From a virus (Duplodnaviria > Caudoviricetes), in the IMG/VR virus record IMGVR_UViG_3300037067_020597, positions 1 through 64,000 of that record: a stretch of 64,000 bases of DNA; one strand, 5' to 3'. The position numbers were made by a program, and so were the translations under genes. This document shows positions 49,683 to 58,117 of the stretch, one piece after another. The notes under the pieces were generated by a model that was not told where the DNA came from, did no database searches, and saw only the letters and a program-made list of their open reading frames with translations. How positions within the stretch are numbered: position 1 is the stretch's first letter; each line of letters opens with the position of its first letter.

Positions 49683-51257
49683 ATGATTTTATGGGATAAA
49701 ACTAAAGAGCAGTTTGGATATGACAAGATATCTGCCAAATCAAAAAGCAAGTTAGTAGTGGCTTGTGATAATTGTAAAACAGAATTAATAAGAATATCAA
49801 GCTCATATAAACAGAAAGTAAAGAAAAACGGCAAATTCTTATGTCATAATTGTGCTACTAAAAGCACGGATTTTAAAGAGCAGTGTTCTATTAGAGCAAG
49901 GCAATTATGGCAAGACGACAGCTACATAAAAAACAACCTATCTGCTGTTAAATCTGATGAATACCGTCAAGCTAAAAGCATTGAGTCTAAAAAGAGATGG
50001 CAAGATGCCAATTTTAGAGCTAAGATGATGACGGTTGAGATGACAGCTGCTCGCAAAGTCAGTAGCTCGAAAACAGCTAAGATTCTCTGGAAAGATCCAA
50101 AATATCGTACTAAATTGAGTAGAAGAATTAGTGATAGAATGTTAAAGCGATGGAAACAAGAAGGATATAGAGAATTTATAGTAGAGGTTGCTAGAGATAA
50201 TACTACTAAATTATGGGAGGATGGTGTATTTAACGATTCGTTTGGAGAAGAATTTTGTGGTAAGATGCAAATTATTAATAAGGCTAAATGGCAAGATGAA
50301 GAATATCGTCAAAAGATGGCTGTTGTTTTGCTTAATCAACCACGTGTTTCTTCTATACAAACGATTTTATATTCTATTCTTGATGATTTGGGTGTTAGAT
50401 ATTTCAGAGAGCACGACAATAGATCTGCTGATGTTGAGTGTCTTATAGGCCCTTGGACGTTTGATTGTGTCATTCCCAGAGAAAATAAGACGACTTTATT
50501 GATCGAATGTCAAGGTGATTATTGGCATTCGCGAAAAGATAGACAAATACGCGACCAACAAAAATCTTCATATATAACAAATAATCTTTTAGGTCAGTAT
50601 GAATTGAAGTATTTGTGGGAACATGAATTTCTTTGTCAAGATAAAATAAAAGAAATATTGAAATATTGGCTAGGACTCAATGAGCCTGAACTAATCAATT
50701 TCAGTTTTAATGATATACAAATTAAAATTACTCCAGCCTTAGATTATAAACCATTATTAGGAAAATATCATTATCTTCCGAACGCTGGTAGAGGTGGAAT
50801 AGTTTATGGTGCCTATCTGAAGAATGAACTGATTGCTGTTTGTGCGTTTTCACCATTAATCAGACAGAACATATCAATTCCAGGATATGATGCTGGTGCT
50901 GTTAGAGAGCTATCTCGCCTTTGTCTCCATCCTAAATATCGAAAGAAGAATTTCTTATCATGGTTCGTGTCTTCTTGTTTAAAGGCACTTGATGATAAAT
51001 TCAAGTGTGTTATTTCATATTGTGATACAACTTTCAACCATACTGGTGCTATTTATAAAGCATGTAATTTCAAATTAGATGGAGAAATATCACCAGATTA
51101 TTGGTATGTCTCTGATGACGGCTGGATTATGCATAAGAGAACGTTGTATGGGCATGCGATTAAGATGCAAATGACTGAGAAAGTATTTGCTGAGAAATAC
51201 AGATTCAAACAAGTATGGGGACAGAAAAAATTAAGATTTAGATACGATAGAGATTAA
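49683..51257 (+). mobile_element. Vsr/DUF559-like endonuclease fused to a Mom-like acetyltransferase domain
   Basis: W.D..YR.K repeats, then FDCVIP...LIECQGDYWHS, then YHYL...ELSRLC...VISYCD...HTGAIYKACNF. GGAGG SD before the ATG at 49683. Confidence 0.7.
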
Positions 51258-51420
51258 CAGGCTGATTTCTCTGAATCACGAGGCCCACCGCACATCAAAC
51301 ATAAGTTAAAAGCAATACGATGTTGGTGGAGCTTTTGGTACTCGAACTTGCGATCTCGCATACAATCTCCAGTGCTGAACCTGCCAACATCCATTGTATC
51401 ATGCGAAGGAGACCCTGACA

Positions 51421-51927
51421 ATTCCTGGATTCAATATATGTGGTACCGGTAGCGGGCCTGCCGCCAATCTTGAGACTCGCAGAAAGCATCGTTGGGTGTT
51501 CCGGACACTCGGAGCAGTGAATCCTGCGGCATTGCTAGTTTTGCAGGCGGCATCACGGCCTAACTTCAAATTCGCAGAGCCAGAAATGCACCACGACCAG
51601 GAAGTAGCCTACTTCGCTGGCAAGCAAACTTGGGAACCTGTGAGCATGAAATGGTATGATGTCGAGCAAGATCCCGACGTCTCAGATACCATCTATACCT
51701 GGTTACGTACAGTTGTCGATCTGCCGACAGCTATTGTCAATGCGCCATCTGTATATAAACAGCAAGCTACTTTGGAGATGATTGGGGCTGCTGGGAATAC
51801 GACAGAGACGTGGATTATGTGTAATGCTTGGCCTAAAGAGGTCAATTGGGGCGATCTTGATTATACCGCCACAGATATCTCGACAATTGAAGCAACGTTG
51901 AGATACGACCGGGCTATCAAGGCGTAG
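51421..51927 (+). CDS. Tail tube protein (gp19-like), probable ATT start
   Basis: RKHRWV...SRPNF...AGKQTWEPVSM...W....AWP.EVNWGDLDY...I...L.YD; AAGGAG SD. Confidence 0.85.
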   Translation: MPGFNICGTGSGPAANLETRRKHRWVFRTLGAVNPAALLVLQAASRPNFKFAEPEMHHDQEVAYFAGKQTWEPVSMKWYDVEQDPDVSDTIYTWLRTVVDLPTAIVNAPSVYKQQATLEMIGAAGNTTETWIMCNAWPKEVNWGDLDYTATDISTIEATLRYDRAIKA

Positions 51928-52021
51928 CCCTGCTCTATATCTATTCTGATAGTATATAATTGGCTTGTTCCATATCAAATCTAAGATAGTGGAACCCGCT
52001 CTTACCTTGTATTGGTTTGCC

Positions 52022-52543
52022 ATGCCTGGATTTAACATAGGCCAGAACAATCAAGCTGCTCAGCCTGGGGCCGCTGTCGAATCGGCTCGCCAACATCGTT
52101 GGAAGTTCGCTACACTTGATCCGCTAAAAGACATACTCATATATGCGCATAAGTCTGGCAGACCGAAAGTTGAATTTGATAGAGCACAGTTACATCACAG
52201 CCAAGACGTTTTGTGGTTTCCTGGCAAGCAGAAATGGTTGCCGATAGATGTTAGTTTCTATCATATCATAACAAACACCGATTCTGCATATAAGATTTAT
52301 CAATGGTGGTCAACTAGAGTTGTTAATCTTGCTTCATCTACTATTAATATCGTGAAGCAAGCTTGTACGTTGGAGTTACTAAATGGAGAGGGCACATCGA
52401 TATATAAGTATACAATGTATGGTTGCTGGCCATCTAAAATTACGCCAGATGAATTAGACTATGCATCGTCTAAGGTTGGTGAAATCACATTCACATTGGA
52501 AATGGATAAAGCCAAAGAAGAGAATCTACAGGAAGCAGAATAA
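52022..52543 (+). CDS. Tail tube paralogue 2
   Basis: MPGFNIG...RQHRW...GRP...PGKQKW...GCWPSKI...LDY...FTLEMD. Confidence 0.75.
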   Translation: MPGFNIGQNNQAAQPGAAVESARQHRWKFATLDPLKDILIYAHKSGRPKVEFDRAQLHHSQDVLWFPGKQKWLPIDVSFYHIITNTDSAYKIYQWWSTRVVNLASSTINIVKQACTLELLNGEGTSIYKYTMYGCWPSKITPDELDYASSKVGEITFTLEMDKAKEENLQEAE

Positions 52544-52544
52544 T

Positions 52545-53108
52545 ATGCCAGGCTTTATTGTTAATGATGTGGGAGGTGGATCTGCCAGCCGAGCGGCAGC
52601 TGGAATAAAGCCTGTTTACAACTATACATGGGATATTAAGAGTTTATTTGAAGACCCCATTAATACAACCAGGCTTCTGGCCAAAGACGCCACGATGCCA
52701 ACTTTTACTATTACTAAGGATACTGTAGATGGTTCTTCTCTGACTTATAAATATGCAGGAATGGTAGTATGGGAAGATATAAAAGTTACCTTTTATGATG
52801 TTGTTCTTGGTGGTGATTCACCGGGGGCCATTCAACTTAAGGCATCCACAATATTTAAGACTTGGCGCGAAACGGTTTGGTCGAATAGCACTGGGCTGCG
52901 TAGCCCATCAGATTACAAAAAAGAATCTAAAATATCAACTTATACTCTTGATTGGCAAGCTGAATCTGCTTGGACATTGCATGGTAGCTGGCCGAGCGTA
53001 GTTAAAGAGGGTGATTTAACATACACAAATACGGACATCAAGGTGGTCGAAGTTACCATTTCTTATGATTGGGCCGTTTTAGATGAATCTCCTGGCACTA
53101 CACAATAG
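52545..53108 (+). CDS. Tail tube paralogue 3
   Basis: MPGFIV...MPTF...YAG...W.DI.VTFYD...GSWP...GDLTY...VTISYD. Confidence 0.75.
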   Translation: MPGFIVNDVGGGSASRAAAGIKPVYNYTWDIKSLFEDPINTTRLLAKDATMPTFTITKDTVDGSSLTYKYAGMVVWEDIKVTFYDVVLGGDSPGAIQLKASTIFKTWRETVWSNSTGLRSPSDYKKESKISTYTLDWQAESAWTLHGSWPSVVKEGDLTYTNTDIKVVEVTISYDWAVLDESPGTTQ

Positions 53109-53161
53109 TGTTCTGCATAGTAGATACAATTCAGAAATACGCCAGCCACTAGAGGTAATTT

Positions 53162-54187
53162 ATGCTTGACGATCGCACAGAAGAAGTTGCTTTGACTAAT
53201 GAGGAATCAGAAGTCAAAGACCAGAAACAAGAGCAGCCTCAAACGAAATCTCTGACAGACCGGCCAGCTTCAGAGATTGCTAGTATGATTAACGGTGGAT
53301 CATCTGATATCGACATTATTGATATCATTTCTAGAGCTTCACCAGAGCAGTTAATTCCTTGGGAAGAAACGACGTTGCCGAGTAAAGGTCTATACTACGG
53401 CTGGACTTCGGGCGTTATATCTGTGAAAGCATGGTCATCGAAAATTGACAAGATTTTGGCCACTGCCCGGTTAGCTCAAACTGGGCAATCGATCGATTAT
53501 ATGATCAAAGAATGTTGCAAATTTCCAGACGGATTCAACACTCAAGATCTACTAGTTGGCGACCAAATTTATTTGCTGTATTACTTGCGTGGTATTACGC
53601 ACGGCAATGAATATGAGTTTGCAACTACATGCCCGAATCCACAGTGTGGCCAATCTGCAACGCATTCTATTGACCTTAATGAGTTGGTCAATACTATAGT
53701 GTGGGCTGACGAAGGACTCGGATCTGAACCTTTCAGAGTCAAGTTGCCATATTTATCCAAGACCATCGAACGAGAGGTTACTGCTGGCATCAGATTTTTG
53801 CGAGTGAAAGATGCCAGTCAAATCCAGAGAGCGAAGAAAGCTCAGAATATCATTGGTGGTTCGAATAGGGCAAGAATCAGGCCAAGAGATCGTGCACAGC
53901 AAATCGATCGTAGCCGAGAAGAAATAACGCTCGATGACGTCGTTACACAGAATATCGAAACTGTGATTGTCGATATCATGGGTAGCACTGATAGATTTAA
54001 GATCAGAAGTATCGTTGGCAAGATGCATTCTACCGATATTGCTGTTATCAGGGAATGGCTGACAGAGCACACTCCAAGCATTGAAACAATGGTCGAGATG
54101 CAGTGTGCTAACTGTGGCGAGACCCATCGCGCTATGTTACCAATAACAGAATCCTTTTTTCGTCCACAGGTCCCACGAGCAATGTGA
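53162..54187 (+). CDS. Baseplate hub/tail assembly chaperone (T4 gp26-like)
   Basis: LPSKGLYY, LLVGDQIYLL..LRGIT.G..Y, CPNPQC, IDLNEL, C..CG...ESFFRP. Confidence 0.7.
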   Translation: MLDDRTEEVALTNEESEVKDQKQEQPQTKSLTDRPASEIASMINGGSSDIDIIDIISRASPEQLIPWEETTLPSKGLYYGWTSGVISVKAWSSKIDKILATARLAQTGQSIDYMIKECCKFPDGFNTQDLLVGDQIYLLYYLRGITHGNEYEFATTCPNPQCGQSATHSIDLNELVNTIVWADEGLGSEPFRVKLPYLSKTIEREVTAGIRFLRVKDASQIQRAKKAQNIIGGSNRARIRPRDRAQQIDRSREEITLDDVVTQNIETVIVDIMGSTDRFKIRSIVGKMHSTDIAVIREWLTEHTPSIETMVEMQCANCGETHRAMLPITESFFRPQVPRAM

Positions 54188-54200
54188 AAAAGAGTGGAAT

Positions 54201-54383
54201 ATGCTGATGGAGCAGCAATTCATGCTACGGTGTGGAATAGGCGGGACAGGAGAGTTGACGCTTTTTGAGCAGAATTGTATGACTGCTGAAGAACGTGCTT
54301 GGTGGGCCAAGAAGCTAGAAAGAGTGGCTGAGGAGCGTAATCGCAAGGCACAAGGATCGATGCCTAATCTACCTCACCAATAA
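54201..54383 (+). CDS. Second chaperone segment (frame open from 54147; possible frameshift partner)
   Basis: QQFML..GIGG...MTAEERAWW; no good SD. Confidence 0.55.
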   Translation: MLMEQQFMLRCGIGGTGELTLFEQNCMTAEERAWWAKKLERVAEERNRKAQGSMPNLPHQ

Positions 54384-54451
54384 TTATTTTCTTAATAAAG
54401 TATATTGGTTTTGTTTCAGCCCTAGCAAAGATACTAAAACTGAGGTGCACT

Positions 54452-55333
54452 ATGGCCATATACCAACGAATTTCTGCCCGTCGCGGCAATACTGTGCAAT
54501 TAGACACGCGATTCATGCGTGGAGGGATTGCGACTGCACCATATGCCATTCGTAAGGTGGAAATTTATAAGACTCAAGTCATTCCATCGAATCTCATTTC
54601 GACTTTTGTTGTGGTCGACCCATGTGACCCAACTTACCCTTCACCCGTCGAATACATTAGGACCAACACAGAGCCTGGCTTGTGTGGTACAGAAGGGCAA
54701 GAAGGAGTAATAGTTCCTGGTGAGTATCGGCTCATGCTTGATGTACCGCCAGACATCCCAGTTCCAGACGTTTATTTTGATGTTTGGACATATTTGCCCA
54801 CAAATCCATGCCTTCTACAAGAAGAATATGGATCAGAAGTGGTCTGTTTAGAGGATACCAGCGGCTGTATCTATCCCGATTTTGATAATCCAATTGTTGC
54901 TGGTATGCTATTGCAAGCCTGTAACAAATTCTGGGTTTATTCTGATGACTGGGATGTCTCTGACTCTTTAACTTCTATCAGGCTTGGTTTTGAACCTCTT
55001 GATCAGAAGTTCAATCAACCGGAAGTGAGACCGCTGGAAATTGGCATCATGCCGCTCCCATTGTATGATTATGACTTTAATTTGGTCGCGCCGATATTGC
55101 CATATTTAACCGCAACCATCACAATTGAGACCGAATTTCGAGAAGTGCTGGTAACTGATGCACCAATGGAGATTGGCCTAAGACAAGGTTCTTATCGCTC
55201 AAATCCTTATGTGTTTAGATATATGATTCATACTGATAGGTTCCTTAAAGGTACGTATCAGTACAGCATCGTTGTAACGTTGCCAGATGGTTCAACACGA
55301 TGTAGCAAGAAATTTATTTTAACCATATCGTAA
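54452..55333 (+). CDS. Putative virion protein
   Basis: 293 aa; AGGTG SD. Confidence 0.6.
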   Translation: MAIYQRISARRGNTVQLDTRFMRGGIATAPYAIRKVEIYKTQVIPSNLISTFVVVDPCDPTYPSPVEYIRTNTEPGLCGTEGQEGVIVPGEYRLMLDVPPDIPVPDVYFDVWTYLPTNPCLLQEEYGSEVVCLEDTSGCIYPDFDNPIVAGMLLQACNKFWVYSDDWDVSDSLTSIRLGFEPLDQKFNQPEVRPLEIGIMPLPLYDYDFNLVAPILPYLTATITIETEFREVLVTDAPMEIGLRQGSYRSNPYVFRYMIHTDRFLKGTYQYSIVVTLPDGSTRCSKKFILTIS

Positions 55334-55335
55334 TT

Positions 55336-58116
55336 ATGGCTGATGACTCGACTCAAATTGGATTAACAACATATATCGAGGCAATACAAATAACGCCATC
55401 GGTATCGAGTTTCAGTATAAGCAATGTGATATTAGGTGCTTCCAGATGGCAAAATCCTGGAAATCGTTTTGATGTTTTAAATGATGGTACTGTTGATATA
55501 AATGATTATAATACTATCATTAATTATATCGCTAGCAATGGTAGCGGTATGCTTCCAAGAAAAAAGCCAGAGAATCAGCCATATGTAGATGTCAATGGCG
55601 ACGGGCAAATCACTAGTCAAGATGCCGACCAATTGTTGGCATATCTACAACGCAAGAAGCTAATCGACACTACACCCACAACGTCATATCCTATTGTTGA
55701 CTTCAAGATCAAGCGCGATCTCGTCAATCCGATTACTGTCACAACCATCAAAGATGTAGCTGCGCAGCAGAACATTTTTCCAACGGCTGATTATTTAATT
55801 TTTAGACGCAATTTATCAACAAACGAACTAACACCAGCACAATATTCTGAATCAGTTGCCAGTAGAGATAGCCTAGTGTTCGTCAATTCACAGGTTATGG
55901 TGCCTATTCATCCATTCACACCTGGATGTGATAATAATTCTTGTATCTTAAGGTTAATCAAAGAGAGAATCGCCGCTGCTGAAATATTGCCTATCAGATT
56001 TAACAAGATAGCTGGTGCAACTGGTGTTCTTGCCGCTGGTGCAGGATTGCCAATACCTGGGACTGACACAAGTGAGATGCCAGCACAGCCTGTAGTAGAA
56101 GGACAGGCTGTTGAGCCTATAGTTTATGTTGAACAGACTACAGAAACAGACACAGATACGACAGATACGACGGATACAACTGTTGTTACGCCTCCTGTCG
56201 TGGTTTTAGATCCTTTCCCATCGCCATGCGTTATTATCGGTGAAATCAAGTTCGTTTGTGCACAAACGAGCGGCAGCAGCAATACTAGCACTAGTTATTG
56301 CACTGCTAAAATGACGTCAAATACAACGCCAACACCATACGTAGCAAGTGCTGATAGCGAAGCGTCGTCATTACATTCAACCTATTTAGGACAATACATT
56401 TTTAAATCCTATAGGTATGGTGTATTACAAATTTCTACTACATTAGATCCGACGACATCAGATTTTTATCATTGGATTGCCGGAGATTATGAAATAAATT
56501 GGGCATTGGCTGGCGGCGATGATCCAGCGCGTATGGCTGGATTTATCGATCCTAGAACAATTCCCGGTGCTTATATGATATGTTTAGAAGATGTATCAGG
56601 TCCTCGTGGTTCCGTTTTTGATTCATGTGTTTTAGTTATACCACAGCTGGATGGATCAATTCGTTGTGCTTGGAATGGTGAATCTGGACATGTTTTTCAG
56701 CACAAGATGTTTGGTCCTGGTGGTAATGTATTATTTGATCCATTTCAACGCGGTAATGAATGGTACACATGGGAGGTTCCAGGATATTCATGTCCAGCTT
56801 GGAAGGCGTTTAATAGAGCGAATGTTGATGAAGCTGATCAATGGGAGAGTGCATCGACGGTTTTTCCACATTATTTGCAATATGATTTCCATAGTAGTGT
56901 TATTGTTAATAAATATGCTTTATTGGAGCGTAATTCCTTTGATTATGTTGGATTTCCACGAGATTTTACGCTACAAGGTTCGAATGACAATGTGAATTGG
57001 ACAGTACTTGATACTAAAACTGGTATGCATGCGCCAGGTCCTAATTCTTGGACACAATATTTCACTTTTACCAACGGATCGGCATATCGATATTACCGAC
57101 TAAATGTTACCTCAGTAATAGGCGGCGGCAATAGAGTTAATGTAGGCGAGCTTAAGTTAATTTGTTCTTCAATCGATGGTGCTGACAATTCGAGCAATAC
57201 GACATGTACGGCAGTTATGTCTTCTGATAACTTGCCGACTCCTAAGGCTGCTATGGCTAGTGGCGAATACTATTCTTCATACCGCGATACCACATATTCT
57301 GCGTGGAAAGCTTTTAATGGGACGAATCTTGGTGAACCTGATAGATGGATAAGCGCTAATTCGGTTCCCCCATGGCACATCACTTACGATTTTGGATCTG
57401 ATTCACCTGTGGCTATAAATAAATATGCTATCCAGCAGCAGAATTATAATGGTGTCACTGTGGTAAATGATCAGATTGTAAATGAACAGAATTATAGTAC
57501 TAATGATGGATTTCCAAGAGACTTTACATTGCAAGGATCTCACAATGGAACTACTTGGGTTGTCTTAGACACAAGAGTCAACGTTACTGCCCCTGGAATG
57601 AACAACTGGACTGCTGACTTCACTTTTAGTAACGGGACAGCATATCGTTATTATAAAATCAATGTTACAGCTGTGAATGGGCAGTTAGCAATGCCTGTCA
57701 CTGGTGCGACGGGAGCCACAGGACCAACTGATTGTGTGATCACAGCCAGCCCATCGGCTACAATTCGTTATGTTGTGATCACACAATATAATGAGGACGA
57801 AAGGACTACAGCAATATTTCATACTGCTGGCCATTCACAAACGACGTTATATTCTAATCAAGATCTGATAATCACATTTAATGCTTATGATGTGAAAGGC
57901 GTTTATGCAGCTTCTCTATGGCTTGATGGTGTAAAAATTCCTATATCTACAGGTCCGCACGCCGACACAACAACAGGAGGCGTCAATTTCGGTGTTGCTA
58001 TTGGTAAGCGTGCCGCAGGAGTCCACAATTACACCATCATAGCAACAAACAACGATGGTGTAGAAACGACACCTCCGTACACTTGTTGGTTTACTGTATT
58101 GCAAGGCGGGGCGTAA
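55336..58116 (+). CDS. Large adhesin-like virion protein: dockerin, two F5/8 type C (discoidin) domains and an Ig-like domain
   Basis: WQNP.NRFDV.NDG.VD..D...YVDVNGDGQITSQDA; two copies of AWKAFN...YDF...KYA...PRDFTLQGS.D...W.VLDT...YRYY. Confidence 0.75.
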   Translation: MADDSTQIGLTTYIEAIQITPSVSSFSISNVILGASRWQNPGNRFDVLNDGTVDINDYNTIINYIASNGSGMLPRKKPENQPYVDVNGDGQITSQDADQLLAYLQRKKLIDTTPTTSYPIVDFKIKRDLVNPITVTTIKDVAAQQNIFPTADYLIFRRNLSTNELTPAQYSESVASRDSLVFVNSQVMVPIHPFTPGCDNNSCILRLIKERIAAAEILPIRFNKIAGATGVLAAGAGLPIPGTDTSEMPAQPVVEGQAVEPIVYVEQTTETDTDTTDTTDTTVVTPPVVVLDPFPSPCVIIGEIKFVCAQTSGSSNTSTSYCTAKMTSNTTPTPYVASADSEASSLHSTYLGQYIFKSYRYGVLQISTTLDPTTSDFYHWIAGDYEINWALAGGDDPARMAGFIDPRTIPGAYMICLEDVSGPRGSVFDSCVLVIPQLDGSIRCAWNGESGHVFQHKMFGPGGNVLFDPFQRGNEWYTWEVPGYSCPAWKAFNRANVDEADQWESASTVFPHYLQYDFHSSVIVNKYALLERNSFDYVGFPRDFTLQGSNDNVNWTVLDTKTGMHAPGPNSWTQYFTFTNGSAYRYYRLNVTSVIGGGNRVNVGELKLICSSIDGADNSSNTTCTAVMSSDNLPTPKAAMASGEYYSSYRDTTYSAWKAFNGTNLGEPDRWISANSVPPWHITYDFGSDSPVAINKYAIQQQNYNGVTVVNDQIVNEQNYSTNDGFPRDFTLQGSHNGTTWVVLDTRVNVTAPGMNNWTADFTFSNGTAYRYYKINVTAVNGQLAMPVTGATGATGPTDCVITASPSATIRYVVITQYNEDERTTAIFHTAGHSQTTLYSNQDLIITFNAYDVKGVYAASLWLDGVKIPISTGPHADTTTGGVNFGVAIGKRAAGVHNYTIIATNNDGVETTPPYTCWFTVLQGGA

Positions 58117-58117
58117 A

